Positions 1 to 10,376 of a DNA stretch of 64,000 bases are shown in pieces. Numbering within the stretch: position 1 is the first letter of the stretch; every line of letters begins with the position of its first letter. Source of the stretch: an uncultured archaeon. GTDB lineage: Archaea; Asgardarchaeota; Hermodarchaeia; Hermodarchaeales; Hermodarchaeaceae. The notes beneath the pieces were generated by a model. The model had not been told where the DNA came from. It worked only from the letters and a program-made list of their open reading frames with translations, and did no database searches. A program made the translations under genes and the position numbers. The stretch covers positions 187,256-251,255 of the forward strand of contig CAYFXC010000001.1 of the NCBI GenBank assembly GCA_964347045.1, written 5' to 3'.

Positions 1-1156
1 CAGCCTAGACCCCAATCTTACTGGGCTTCGTAAACAACTAGACAAGTATGAATCTCAACTACAGGAAACACAACTCAAACTAACTGAAAAAACAAGCGAA
101 GCTAGACACACAAAAGGTGAAATCAATCGTATTTCTCAAGATCTCACAAGTACGAAGACAGAGTTGGAACAAAAAGATAAGGAACTAATAGCTACAACTA
201 AACAGATTGAACAAAATCAAACAGCTCTGACCAAAATTGAAGAAGACGTCGTTAATCTAAGCGAACAGATTAGGGAGCTTGAAAATAAGATTATAACATG
301 TGAGGCTGAAAACCGGCAAATAAACAATACAATTGATGAACTTCTTGATAAGATAAACGACGAAAAAATGAATCGCTCCAAAATCGAAGGGCGGATTGAA
401 CACTGGCAAGAACGGTTTACCGCTCAAAAAGAGAAGACAGTGGGATTAGAACCACCATTACTTCCTATGGAACCTGCTCAAGTACAAAGCCTGCGTAGAC
501 AAATTTCAACTTTGCAAGAAGAAAGAGATCAAATGGGTCTTATTAACCAAAAAGCCGTTGAACGTTTCGAAGAAATTCGTCACGCTTACGATGAAATCTT
601 AGAAAAAGAAAGCAGAATTCGGGAAGAACGCGAAGCCATTCTAGATGCGATGCGAAAGGCAGAGGAAGAAAAATTCCGCGTTTTTATGGCTGCATTTACA
701 AATATCTCTAACAACTTTGCCGACGTCTATCAACAACTTACTCAAGGAGAGGGTCAACTCGAATTGGAAAATCCTGAAAATCCATTTTTAGGTGGCATTC
801 GAATGAAAGTACGACCAGCTGGAAAACGCGTCCAATACCTCGATGCTCTTTCTGGCGGTGAAAAAGCCCTCACTGCCTTAACCTTTATGTTTGCACTGCA
901 ACTACATCAACCGGCGCCTTTCTATTTCCTCGATGAAATCGATGAGGCACTCGATCCCAACAATACAGATAGAGTCGCTCGATTAATTGTAAACCTTTCT
1001 GAAAACTCACAATTTATTGTTATCTCACACAACGAAATTTCAATTCGATTAGCAAAAACGCTTCTTGGTGTAGCATTAGCAGATGGTATATCACAGGTCT
1101 TTTCAGTACAATTTGAGGAAGGCCTACTCATGATTGAAGGAACAAGCAAAACCTAA
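1..1156 (+). CDS. smc: Chromosome segregation protein SMC, C-terminal part (5' truncated by window)
   Basis: Coiled coil followed by LSGGEK signature, FYFLDEIDEALD Walker B/D-loop, QFIVISH. Confidence 0.96.
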   Translation, partial: SLDPNLTGLRKQLDKYESQLQETQLKLTEKTSEARHTKGEINRISQDLTSTKTELEQKDKELIATTKQIEQNQTALTKIEEDVVNLSEQIRELENKIITCEAENRQINNTIDELLDKINDEKMNRSKIEGRIEHWQERFTAQKEKTVGLEPPLLPMEPAQVQSLRRQISTLQEERDQMGLINQKAVERFEEIRHAYDEILEKESRIREEREAILDAMRKAEEEKFRVFMAAFTNISNNFADVYQQLTQGEGQLELENPENPFLGGIRMKVRPAGKRVQYLDALSGGEKALTALTFMFALQLHQPAPFYFLDEIDEALDPNNTDRVARLIVNLSENSQFIVISHNEISIRLAKTLLGVALADGISQVFSVQFEEGLLMIEGTSKT

Positions 1157-1931
1157 TGAAAATCAGATAATACATCAGGTTATATATGATGCATTTACCA
1201 GATACTACGAAAATGTGAAACAAAGGGAGAACAAAAAGCCGTTGACAGAAAGTAGCCCTGAGCCATTCTGGTTTCATCAACCGTGGCGAGTCCTTACTGA
1301 CATTCTTGAATTACAAAAAATTAGTCCATGGGAACTTGACTTAGCTGAGCTCGTTAATGGGTTTATTGGTCGATTACTTACTGCTGAATATATAGACTTT
1401 CGTATTTGTGGTCGTGCGCTCCTATCCGCTGCCATACTTCTTCGACTGAAAACGGAATATCTGCTTGAATTTGGTCGAGAGGAAGAAGAAATTATTCGTG
1501 TAATCGAAGAAGACATCTTCCTTCCGCCAATCCGGCCTCCCTTTCGGCAAAATATCCGTCCAACATCATCAGCAGAATTTTTTGAAGCATTACGTGAACT
1601 TGTTTTCCCTCCACAAAAACGAAGAAGAAAACTTACCGTGACAAGTGATTCTTTACTTTCAATACCTCAATTTGGCGGCTCACAAATTGAGCTAAACAAA
1701 TCAATGAAACAGATATACGCGCAATTAACCAAAGCAAGTCTTGAGCACAATCCAATCTCTTTTATTAAATTTGTACATGGAATGTCACACATCGAAATCA
1801 TCCGGGTTTTTCTCACCCTCCTCTACTTGTTAGGTGATGGTAAAGTTCGTGTTAATCAGGATCAACAATTTGGAAATATTATGATCTGGGTTCAAGAACC
1901 TCACAGTGAGGAGGCCAGTACTGGTGGATGA
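1134..1931 (+). CDS. scpA: Segregation/condensation protein A (kleisin)
   Basis: ISPWELDL, GRALLSAAILLRLK, C-terminal FLTLLYL..QDQQFGNI; follows smc. Confidence 0.88.
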   Translation: MKEQAKPNENQIIHQVIYDAFTRYYENVKQRENKKPLTESSPEPFWFHQPWRVLTDILELQKISPWELDLAELVNGFIGRLLTAEYIDFRICGRALLSAAILLRLKTEYLLEFGREEEEIIRVIEEDIFLPPIRPPFRQNIRPTSSAEFFEALRELVFPPQKRRRKLTVTSDSLLSIPQFGGSQIELNKSMKQIYAQLTKASLEHNPISFIKFVHGMSHIEIIRVFLTLLYLLGDGKVRVNQDQQFGNIMIWVQEPHSEEASTGG

Positions 1932-2475
1932 CGCTACACGATTAGTTGAAGCCGCGCTCTATATAGCTGGACGACCTCTCACCATTCATGAAATTCAACA
2001 AGCCACGTTAATATCTACTATAAAGAAAGTTCGGGAAAGTATTCAATTCCTAATTGATGAATACGAAATTCGTTCTGGAGCTTTAGAAATTGTACGACTT
2101 CCCCACCAACGATTTGTTCTCCAATTAAAACCAAATCTAAGTGAACACGTTGGCAATCTAGCCCCTCAAGGTTTACTTTCTTTAGGGGAGTTAAAAACCC
2201 TCATCTATGTTGCTCTTTCTCAACCAATTCTCCAATCAGACGTTGTTGTGTACCGCGGTTCCCATAGCTACAAGCATATTAAAAACTTAGAACGTCATGG
2301 CTTCATTGAATCCACTCCATTTGGACGAACCAAAGAACTCACAACAACAGAATTGTTTGCGGATTACTTTGGCTTCGATTATGAAGTTGACAAGCTAAAA
2401 GGTCAGCTCCGAAGAATGATTAGGCAAATTCGGATAGAACAATCTGAATTAGCCGCCGCAGCAGAGGAAAAATAA
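1924..2475 (+). CDS. scpB: Segregation/condensation protein B
   Basis: VEAALYIAGRPL, LKTLIYVALSQPI, TTELFADYFG; GTG start after GAGGAGG. Confidence 0.92.
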   Translation: MDDATRLVEAALYIAGRPLTIHEIQQATLISTIKKVRESIQFLIDEYEIRSGALEIVRLPHQRFVLQLKPNLSEHVGNLAPQGLLSLGELKTLIYVALSQPILQSDVVVYRGSHSYKHIKNLERHGFIESTPFGRTKELTTTELFADYFGFDYEVDKLKGQLRRMIRQIRIEQSELAAAAEEK

Positions 2476-2576
2476 TCAGCAAATAATCGAATCAATTCGA
2501 TGTTTACCGCACACTTTGTAAGTTTATATCTTCTTCTATAAATCCAACAGAAGCCAAATAACTCGAGGTCCGTAGT

Positions 2577-3053
2577 GTGGTTCGTCCTCCTCAATCTTCT
2601 TTATCTCAATCTACCCATAGAAATGAAACTTCTAGCATTGCTCCGCCTGAAGGAATCTACTCATTATTTATTCTCAAGGAATCAGGATGCCCATTTTATT
2701 ATCGCATATTTACACCAAAGGAAGATCATCCTGACCCCGCCATTCTTGGAGGGTTTTTCATTGCGCTCTCACTTTTTGCTAAAGAGGTTACTGATGGACA
2801 AATTGAAACTGTTACAACTGAGCCCTGCAGATATACCTTTCATCCACTTCAAAATGGGCTATTAGTAATTAGTAGTGCAAAAACGTTCAACCCAATATTT
2901 ATTGAAGCAATTGCTAAGCGCATCGCAAAGTTATTTCTCACCAAATATCGTGATCGACTTATCAAACCTCAACCGGCTTCTATTTGCGCACCTGATCTCA
3001 ATCAGCAAATCGAACAAATATTCGGTGAAACATCAGTGAAAACCTCGCAATAA
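2577..3053 (+). CDS. Longin-like domain protein (Asgard eukaryotic-signature type)
   Basis: IYSLFILKESGCPFY..DPAILGGFFIALSLFAKEV pattern typical of longin folds; family assignment by motif resemblance only. Confidence 0.65.
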   Translation: MVRPPQSSLSQSTHRNETSSIAPPEGIYSLFILKESGCPFYYRIFTPKEDHPDPAILGGFFIALSLFAKEVTDGQIETVTTEPCRYTFHPLQNGLLVISSAKTFNPIFIEAIAKRIAKLFLTKYRDRLIKPQPASICAPDLNQQIEQIFGETSVKTSQ

Positions 3054-3072
3054 TGCTAGGGTGTAACTTGAG

Positions 3073-4104
3073 CTAACAGACACGAGGAATAGCTTCTGCC
3101 CACGGGTGTTGAATAATTCTAGAACCGCCAACTTCTGTTCGCATCACTACAAGACCTGGGCGGTCATCTTTTGCCTCTCCAATGATTTGCGCATCTTTTC
3201 CATATTTGTTGTTACGAATAACTTTTAGAACGCTCTCAGCTTTCTCGGCCTCCACTGCTATTAGGGCTTTTCCTTCACAAGTTACTTGCAAAGGGTCAAG
3301 ACCAAGCATTTGACTTGCTGCTAGCACTTCTCGTTGATATGGCAGTCTAGTCTCATCTATTACCAAACTAACATTCGACTTTTTTGCGAATTCATTTAGT
3401 GTTGCTGATAGTCCTCCACGTGTAGGATCCTTCATGGCATGAATGCCACCTACTTGTAATGCTGAATTAACTAATGACCACAGTGGCGCAATATCAGATT
3501 TTAGATCAGTTTCAAAGGAAAGTCCTTCACGGCTTGCTAACAACGCAATTCCATGATCCCCTATGGTTCCGGTCATTATCAGTTTGTCACCGACTTTTAC
3601 ACCGCTATCTGTGATTGCCTTTCCTTTGTCAATTACTCCAAATCCAGTGGTACATATTATCATTTCATCAAGCCCGCCAGTTGGTATTATCTTCGTGTCT
3701 CCTGCAACAACTGCTACTTGGTCTTCTGCTGCAGTTGAAGCCATTGATGTTAAAATCGTGTGAAGTGCTTCGATGCTAAATCCCTCTTCAATTACCAAAG
3801 CACTAGTCATGGCCAATGGTCGGGCACCCATCATCGCCACATCATTAATTGTACCTGCAGCGGCAAGGCTCCCAATATTTCCACCTGGAAAAAACAACGG
3901 TGATACCGTATGACTGTCGGTAGAAACCACAACCTCACATTTTTCTAAAGGAATTGAAGCTCCGTCATCTGCTTCGGGTAATCCAATTCCCGTTTCAAAA
4001 CGATTGAGCGTGAAATGGGGAAAAATAATATCCGCTAGAAATTGAGCCATTGCACGACCGCCAGCTCCATGGGCTAATTCAACAAGGGGCGTTCCTTTTG
4101 ACAT
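3073..4104 (-). CDS. hypE: Hydrogenase maturation carbamoyl dehydratase HypE
   Basis: HGAGG, STDSHTVSPLFFPGGNIG, DPTRGG, C-terminal PRVC. Confidence 0.96.
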   Translation of the reverse strand: MSKGTPLVELAHGAGGRAMAQFLADIIFPHFTLNRFETGIGLPEADDGASIPLEKCEVVVSTDSHTVSPLFFPGGNIGSLAAAGTINDVAMMGARPLAMTSALVIEEGFSIEALHTILTSMASTAAEDQVAVVAGDTKIIPTGGLDEMIICTTGFGVIDKGKAITDSGVKVGDKLIMTGTIGDHGIALLASREGLSFETDLKSDIAPLWSLVNSALQVGGIHAMKDPTRGGLSATLNEFAKKSNVSLVIDETRLPYQREVLAASQMLGLDPLQVTCEGKALIAVEAEKAESVLKVIRNNKYGKDAQIIGEAKDDRPGLVVMRTEVGGSRIIQHPWAEAIPRVC

Positions 4105-4230
4105 TGTAATCACTACTGATTGACTATATGAAAGTCAAAGCGCTAGAACCTAAAGTCTTTACCATTATCGGGTTGGCGAAACGTTTATAGCTCCTTGTCA
4201 GTGTCTCGTCTCAAATCCGAGGTCACAGAA

Positions 4231-4611
4231 ATGCCCCTATGGCAAGGTAAATCAAAACGGTACCACAGTGGTGCTAGACGGCGGTCGTCGCGCAAGCACC
4301 GTAAATTCGAAAGAGGTAGTCAAGCCACAGAAACCATAATGGGAGAAAAGAAGCTCCGATTTAAGAGAGCGCTAAGTGGGGATAATAAACTTCGTTTATT
4401 AGCTGCCTCTTATGCTAATGTTACTGATAAAGCCACAGGGGAATCAGAAAAAACAAAAATTATCCAAGTCCTCCAAAATCCGGCAAATGTTGATTTTGAT
4501 CGTCGTGGAATCATAACAAAGGGAGCTATCATTGAAACCGAAAAAGGGAAAGCCGTCGTAACCAGTCGTCCAGGTCAAAATGGAGTAGTGGACGCGATTA
4601 AAATTGAATAA
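4231..4611 (+). CDS. rps8e: 30S ribosomal protein eS8
   Basis: WQGKSKR, NPANVDFDRRGIITKGAII, TSRPGQNG. Confidence 0.96.
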   Translation: MPLWQGKSKRYHSGARRRSSRKHRKFERGSQATETIMGEKKLRFKRALSGDNKLRLLAASYANVTDKATGESEKTKIIQVLQNPANVDFDRRGIITKGAIIETEKGKAVVTSRPGQNGVVDAIKIE

Positions 4612-4620
4612 ATAAATCAG

Positions 4621-4998
4621 CTAGCTATTTTTTACTTCAGCTTGAATATCCTTGATGATGCATTCTCTTCCCTGAATTACATCTACATCCTTAGTTTTAC
4701 ATTTTGAACAAGCCAAAGATGATAAGATTTCATAAAGGGCCCCTTTTTGGGTAACCGCGGATTCAACACCGCATTTTCTACAACGTATCTTTGTTGCTAG
4801 TGGCTCAATAGTTACTACGGCTTCTTCTGCAATTGAATCCTTCGACGCCATTTCAATGCCAAAGATTAATTGGTCATGATTTAGCATTGATAATTTTCCT
4901 ATTTGAAGTGTGATTCCTACTACCTTCGTTGCACCATAGCTTTTTGCAGCACGTTTCACTGCTTCCAGGATACTAACTGCAGTCGAAAATTCATGCAT
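4621..4998 (-). CDS. hypA: Hydrogenase nickel metallochaperone HypA
   Basis: MHE N-terminus, two CxxC, QGRE. Confidence 0.94.
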   Translation of the reverse strand: MHEFSTAVSILEAVKRAAKSYGATKVVGITLQIGKLSMLNHDQLIFGIEMASKDSIAEEAVVTIEPLATKIRCRKCGVESAVTQKGALYEILSSLACSKCKTKDVDVIQGRECIIKDIQAEVKNS

Positions 4999-5097
4999 GA
5001 TATCTCAATCCCTCTATTCAAAACTTTTCAACCTTGCTCCCTTACAAAAAAAGCAAAACTTTTGTGCTACGAATGGTGGCTATGAAGGCGGTTTAGA

Positions 5098-5400
5098 ATG
5101 CGTAAGTCAGGAAATTACTATATTTATCCCGCGTACTTCGAGGCAAATCGAAGTCGCCATTCTGGACGGCGGGTTCCAAAAAAACTCGCCTTGACAGTAG
5201 TAACTACATCGATGATAGCGAAAGCCGCAGAGCGACTTGGTCTAAAATATGCCGTAGAATCAAAAGCGCGATACCCTGCAAGTTGGTGGAGTGCATCTGG
5301 GGTTGTGCTCATTCAGAAACTTGATAATCAGACCAAAACTCAGCTTCTAAAAGAACTAGCAAAAATCATGAGAACTTTGAAAGTAGTAAGCAAAAAATAA
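5098..5400 (+). CDS. srp19: Signal recognition particle protein SRP19
   Basis: IYPAYF..SRHSGRRVPKKLA, YPASWW. Confidence 0.95.
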   Translation: MRKSGNYYIYPAYFEANRSRHSGRRVPKKLALTVVTTSMIAKAAERLGLKYAVESKARYPASWWSASGVVLIQKLDNQTKTQLLKELAKIMRTLKVVSKK

Positions 5401-5578
5401 TTTTTGCAAGAAAAAGGGTCTTTACAAACGGAAAAAATAATCAAATGAATTACGTTTTTTATGGGGTTACAAACGTCAACTGTTTTACACAGAAAAGCAG
5501 GCAAACGTTTTTAAGTGACGGTCTGTTTCTCCAACGCTAATCTCCCACGACCTAATTCTAGCCTTCCCAGGAGTCGAT

Positions 5579-5848
5579 CTGCTGCAAGGAATTGGTCATG
5601 TTATACACATTTCCGCGCAAGGAAATGTCATTGCGCGTCTAAAGCAAGCTATACGAATAGGAACGCTCGTTTTCTCAACCCACTCTCAACTGATTGGAAG
5701 AGTAATTGATATCTTTGGACCAACTATTCAACCGTTTGCTACTTTAAAGCCTGAAACAAAATTAACAAACGCCGTAGTGCCTCCTGGGACAACTCTATAT
5801 CTAAAGAAGGCTCCAAAAGGAGGCGTAGGGAAACGACGAAAGAAGTAA
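5579..5848 (+). CDS. gar1: H/ACA RNP protein Gar1/Naf1 (missed by ORF track; probable CTG start)
   Basis: Own translation [41 protein letters not shown]..; conserved gar1-tfb linkage; GGAG upstream. Confidence 0.85.
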   Translation: MLQGIGHVIHISAQGNVIARLKQAIRIGTLVFSTHSQLIGRVIDIFGPTIQPFATLKPETKLTNAVVPPGTTLYLKKAPKGGVGKRRKK

Positions 5849-6762
5849 GTGCTTCTACGCTCGCTAACTGTCCTGACTGTGGTACTACCCGTCTAGTGAA
5901 AGATTATTCAAGAGCTGAAATTATTTGCATGAACTGTGGACTCGTGCTCACAGATCGGATCATCGATGAAGGCCCTGAATGGAGGGCTTTTGACCAAGAA
6001 CAACGTGATAAACGTGCGCGTGTCGGCGCTCCCCTTACATTTACTATTCACGATAAAGGGCTGTCAACAATGATTGATTGGCGAAATCGTGATAGCTATG
6101 GCAAAGATTTGGCTCCAAAACGTAGGGCACAAATCTATCGACTACGCAAATGGCAACGAAGAATTCGTGTGTCCGATGCCACAGAACGCAATCTAGCTTA
6201 TGCTCTTTCTGAACTGGATCGAATGGCATCAAGCCTTGGTCTTCCACGTAATGTTCGCGAAATTGCTGCAATGCTTTACCGCAGAGCTGTTGAACAGCGC
6301 TTGATACGAGGTAGGTCAATTGAAGGAGTTGCTGCTGCAGCCCTTTATGCTGCTTGCCGGCAATCTCGTATCCCTCGAACACTCGACGAAGTAGCTGAGG
6401 TCTCAAGAGTCGGTAAAAAGGAGATTGGACGGAGTTACCGTTTTATCGCACGTGAACTTCGTCTTTCAATTCCTCCAACCTCTCCAATAGACTACGTTCC
6501 CCGATTTATCAGTGAACTAAAACTACTTGGTGAAGTTCAAGCTCAAGCCATTCAAATTCTTAAAATGGCTTCAAATAAGGGACTTACAAGTGGACGAGGA
6601 CCGACCGGTGTAGCTGCTGCAGCTATCTACGTTGCTAGCGTTCTGGCAAATTCAAGACGAACACAACGTGAAGTAGCTGCTGTTGCCCGAGTCACTGAAG
6701 TAACAGTACGCAATCGTTACAAAGAGCTCGTTGAAAAATTAGATCTCGAAGTCCCTCTCTAA
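5833..6762 (+). CDS. tfb: Transcription initiation factor TFB (start probably ACG 5833; ATA 5797 alternative)
   Basis: In-frame CPDCG upstream of the ORF-track start completes the Zn ribbon with CMNCG; GPEWRAF, two cyclin repeats, [10 protein letters not shown]. Confidence 0.95.
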   Translation, partial: TTKEVSASTLANCPDCGTTRLVKDYSRAEIICMNCGLVLTDRIIDEGPEWRAFDQEQRDKRARVGAPLTFTIHDKGLSTMIDWRNRDSYGKDLAPKRRAQIYRLRKWQRRIRVSDATERNLAYALSELDRMASSLGLPRNVREIAAMLYRRAVEQRLIRGRSIEGVAAAALYAACRQSRIPRTLDEVAEVSRVGKKEIGRSYRFIARELRLSIPPTSPIDYVPRFISELKLLGEVQAQAIQILKMASNKGLTSGRGPTGVAAAAIYVASVLANSRRTQREVAAVARVTEVTVRNRYKELVEKLDLEVPL

Positions 6763-6773
6763 CGGGTATTCAT

Positions 6774-6809
6774 AGGGCGAAACGCTTCGCCCTTTTTTCT
6801 TTTCTTTTT
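6774..6809 (+). terminator. Hairpin plus U-tract terminator after tfb
   Basis: AGGGCGAA/TTCGCCCT stem followed by a long T run. Confidence 0.6.
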
Positions 6810-6863
6810 CATTGGCTTTTGAAAGGCTTTTTATTCAGTGGACAAGCATCCTAGAATGATGTC

Positions 6864-7199
6864 ATGGAATCTGGTACTATTGAAGTCCTTAAGGACGCAG
6901 GAAAGCAGGGCATCCTTCTTGCAGAACTAGTTAAAAAAATAAATCAACCAGAATCCGTAATTCTTCAGATTATTGATTCATTGAGTAAAAATGGTCAAGT
7001 CAAAAAAGTTGAAGAAAATCATGATGGTAAATCTATGTTTCGGATAATCTGGCAAGGTATAGATAAATCAGAATGGGACACGCTTGAAGGATGTCCCTGC
7101 TTTGTTTGTCCTGATATTGATCAATGTGGAGCTGGTCAACCCACTAGTCCGTGGATATGTGAAAAATTAAATTCTTGGATTAAGGACCGCTTGGACTAA
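6864..7199 (+). CDS. TFE beta / RPC34-like protein (winged helix + Fe-S cysteine cluster)
   Basis: wHTH then CPCFVCPDIDQC..SPWICEKLNSW; typical position after tfb. Confidence 0.82.
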   Translation: MESGTIEVLKDAGKQGILLAELVKKINQPESVILQIIDSLSKNGQVKKVEENHDGKSMFRIIWQGIDKSEWDTLEGCPCFVCPDIDQCGAGQPTSPWICEKLNSWIKDRLD

Positions 7200-7800
7200 C
7201 AGACTCTGATACTCCACAAAATCCCTTTGCAATGAGATACATCTCTGGGCTCCGTTTAAAGGAAGATTGTGGTTTATAGGTTTTCACAGAATGGAACTGT
7301 TCTTTAGCCTGTGAAATGAATTTTTGAAATTCGTCTGATTGAAAAACCTTCGTAACAAAATGTCCATTTTTATCAAGTAACTTCGTAGCAAGTTGAAAGC
7401 TTAATTTTGCCAACCACAGTTGTCGCTCTCTATCAAGGGACTTATTTCCTGATAGTTTTGGTGAACAATCACTAAGTACAACATGTGCAGGCTTTTCTAG
7501 AAGCTCTAGTAAATGAGTGACCAATTCAGGTGATTCAATGGAACTTTGCAGAATATGCACACCCGGAATTGGTTTTACAAATGCAACATCAATACCAATG
7601 ATAACTGCATCGGAATCAACACGTTCTTTCACAACTTGCAGCCAAGAACCAGGAGAACAACACAAATCAACAATCCGGGTTGCTTTTTTTAATATCTCAA
7701 AACGCTGATCGATATCAAGTATCTTAAATGCCGCTCGCGAACGATAGCCTACCTTACGTGCTTTCTTTCGATAGGCTTCGTCTTTTTTCCAGCGCTTCAT
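7180..7800 (-). CDS. rlmE: 23S rRNA 2'-O-methyltransferase RlmE/FtsJ
   Basis: YRSRAAFKI, DLCCSPGSWLQ, VLSD, KVFQ, KP.SS..SPEMY. Confidence 0.93.
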   Translation of the reverse strand: MKRWKKDEAYRKKARKVGYRSRAAFKILDIDQRFEILKKATRIVDLCCSPGSWLQVVKERVDSDAVIIGIDVAFVKPIPGVHILQSSIESPELVTHLLELLEKPAHVVLSDCSPKLSGNKSLDRERQLWLAKLSFQLATKLLDKNGHFVTKVFQSDEFQKFISQAKEQFHSVKTYKPQSSFKRSPEMYLIAKGFCGVSESVSPSGP

Positions 7801-7804
7801 GATA

Positions 7805-8977
7805 TTAATTCTCCTTATTTAGCATCAAAAGAAGCTGCTTTATTTTTTGTTCATTAGCGGAGGTACGAATGGCATGGGAAGAATAATGGGTTCGAACACA
7901 AAACTCGCCGGTGTCACGTAATTTATCGATTATGACACGAAAAGGAGGAACTGGGATATTTAACGTATCCGCTAATTGATGGAGGTCATAATAGGTTGGA
8001 GGACCATCTACTTCTTCCTTTATTGTGGTTAAAAGCGATAAAACTCGGCGTTTTTCACCAAGATGGAAGCTATCCAGATTTTGAGCCATTTTTCCGATGA
8101 ATGTTTTATCACCAAGTTTACCAGTCCAGAGAGGACCTATTAGCTGGGTGTTGTCAGTTTCACATTGCTCGCAAAATATAACATCAGGATTCAATCCCTT
8201 AGTAATTGACCGATGACCACATTGATTGCAGTGAATAATGAATCCCATTTGTGATACTGCCTTCCAAGTATTATTGTCTCCCTCTTTCGCCAAACAATAC
8301 AATCGAACATAATGATCAACTGAAAAGGCTAGCAAAGGAGTGAGTCCAATATTTTGAGATGAAGCCTCTCGTATTATACATCCTAGCAAGATGCGTACGG
8401 CTAGCTCATGTGCATACGTTGTTTTCATAGGCACAGCCGCATATCGTTTGATGCATGTTCGTCGACGGATTCCAACCAATACAGGCATATCCGTTGCTGT
8501 AAGGCAGAGTAGTGCAGGAGGCTTCAACGCTCGAATCGCCGAATTGAAAAACGCACGAGGGGAACCAAACGGATCGATGTCGATGATATCAAATTTGCTA
8601 TGAAATGACACAAACTGACTCAATAGCTGATTCGCTTCGCTATGGTGAACCTCTAGCAAGTCTTCGACTTCATTCAGATCTCGGTTTTTTTCAATAAGCT
8701 TAATTGCCTGGGGGTTTGCATCTCCTACAATCACTTTTTCGATTTCCGATACCTCTTTGGCAATCCGAATTGGTCGTACGCCCGTTCCGGCTAATGGTGT
8801 ACAAACTCGAACTCTAGTTTTATCATATCGCGTAATAAAGGTCTGGAGAGCAACAATAGTCATGTCACGATTGAGCTCAGATTGAGGATTGAAGAAAACT
8901 GTCATTCCCGTGGTTGGAACCTTTTGTAATGGTGGTCGTAGAAAGGTTATAGTTCCTTCTTGGTGTTTTTCATACAA
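7805..8977 (-). CDS. trm1: tRNA (guanine26-N2)-dimethyltransferase Trm1
   Basis: VFFNP..LNRD, IDIDPFGSP, TATD, GPLWTG. Confidence 0.95.
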   Translation of the reverse strand: MYEKHQEGTITFLRPPLQKVPTTGMTVFFNPQSELNRDMTIVALQTFITRYDKTRVRVCTPLAGTGVRPIRIAKEVSEIEKVIVGDANPQAIKLIEKNRDLNEVEDLLEVHHSEANQLLSQFVSFHSKFDIIDIDPFGSPRAFFNSAIRALKPPALLCLTATDMPVLVGIRRRTCIKRYAAVPMKTTYAHELAVRILLGCIIREASSQNIGLTPLLAFSVDHYVRLYCLAKEGDNNTWKAVSQMGFIIHCNQCGHRSITKGLNPDVIFCEQCETDNTQLIGPLWTGKLGDKTFIGKMAQNLDSFHLGEKRRVLSLLTTIKEEVDGPPTYYDLHQLADTLNIPVPPFRVIIDKLRDTGEFCVRTHYSSHAIRTSANEQKIKQLLLMLNKEN

Positions 8978-8978
8978 A

Positions 8979-9938
8979 TCAAGCGCCTCGACGGCTTTGG
9001 ATTAGCGCGATGAATTCGCTTGGGTTCTCAAGTGATAGGAGTTCTTTAAGACAAAAACACGGTATGCCACTAATTGCTTCAACGGTGAGGGAATCTGACG
9101 CGATTATTGCTGGTTCTTCATTGAGTATGTCAGCTAGTTTTGCCAGGAATTCAAGTCGGTTTTCATCAAGCCGTTCAAGACGCTGTTTCAAATAACTCAA
9201 AACAACATGGTGTTGAAGGGAGGTAAGCAAATTAAATGGGGCGTCATTAGCAATTGTAGAATTGAATCCTAAACGAGAAAAGATTTCTAGCGTTGTTTTT
9301 GTAAGTTGCGTTTGGTTTCCAAGAGATTCATGTGTAATCTCAGATTTACTTGGTGTTGAGATAGTTTTCAAAAGATTTAGTGGATCGATTAGGATTGTAT
9401 CAAGTAGTTCTTCTAAACTTAAAACCACATCAATTGTAGGGCTCATAGTTCCTCTTTCGTATTCGTATATTGCTCGCCGTGAAAGTCCAATTTCATCAGC
9501 GATGTCTCCACGGGAATAGCTCTTTGCTTCTCGAGCTTTCTTTAGCTTATTACCATTCATAATAACATATATTCCGCCTTTTTTGGCAAGAAGAAATGGG
9601 AACACTTTATCTTCCAATATTCCGCGTAGCGTTTCAAGCGTAATTGCAGGAATTGAGCCTCTGATATGAATTACTCCATCTATGAGAGGGCGTTTCCGAG
9701 TACGTTCACCAATAATTATTGGTGTGCATCGAAGGATAGAACATATCTTACTCAGTTCTTCTCGGACATGAGATTCAACGTTATCAATCGTTACACTGGT
9801 CTTAATTGCGATACGTGTATCGCCCTCGTCAATAATACTATCAAAACAATATTCTGGATTAAAAGAAGTGGCGTGTTCTCTTGCAGCTGTATCTAATACA
9901 TCCCGAACGTCATCCAGATACTTTTGTTTTGTCAGCAT
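8979..9938 (-). CDS. Archaeal Cro/C1 HTH transcriptional regulator (COG1395-like)
   Basis: KGGIYV..GNKLKKARE..SRGDIADEIGLSRRAIYEYERG. Confidence 0.85.
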   Translation of the reverse strand: MLTKQKYLDDVRDVLDTAAREHATSFNPEYCFDSIIDEGDTRIAIKTSVTIDNVESHVREELSKICSILRCTPIIIGERTRKRPLIDGVIHIRGSIPAITLETLRGILEDKVFPFLLAKKGGIYVIMNGNKLKKAREAKSYSRGDIADEIGLSRRAIYEYERGTMSPTIDVVLSLEELLDTILIDPLNLLKTISTPSKSEITHESLGNQTQLTKTTLEIFSRLGFNSTIANDAPFNLLTSLQHHVVLSYLKQRLERLDENRLEFLAKLADILNEEPAIIASDSLTVEAISGIPCFCLKELLSLENPSEFIALIQSRRGA

Positions 9939-9939
9939 A

Positions 9940-10374
9940 TTATTTGCCAAATCCTATTGTTACGGTAGTTGGTAATTTCTTTCTTAAGAGAGCCACTTCA
10001 GGCGAATAAATAATTCGGGGTAGACGCGCTGAACGCCATGTCTCAAAAGGAGCACTAATTTTTCCTAAGATGTGTAAAACTGTAAATTGATCGATTTTTG
10101 AACCGCCAATAGTATGTGCGCCTGGTCCTAATGAGGTTCTTCTTAAAATTGTAAATGGTATCATTATTTTGTTATGATACTTGGGGGGAACTATTTCTGC
10201 AAGCTCTTTTAATTCTTCAAAACTAACTGCACTTTTTTTTCCATCTCGAGTCGTAAATCCTGGTGCGGGTTCACTAAGCAATTCAGATAATGATTTCTTT
10301 GTTTTGGGCATATGATCGTTAATCTGAGCGATTTCTCGTTCAAGGCCTGATAAAAACCCATTATATTTCTTCAC
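9940..10374 (-). CDS. DUF61/UPF0216 family protein
   Basis: INDHMP..KSLSELL.E..P, RKKLPTTVTIGF. Confidence 0.8.
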   Translation of the reverse strand: MKKYNGFLSGLEREIAQINDHMPKTKKSLSELLSEPAPGFTTRDGKKSAVSFEELKELAEIVPPKYHNKIMIPFTILRRTSLGPGAHTIGGSKIDQFTVLHILGKISAPFETWRSARLPRIIYSPEVALLRKKLPTTVTIGFGK

Positions 10375-10376
10375 TG

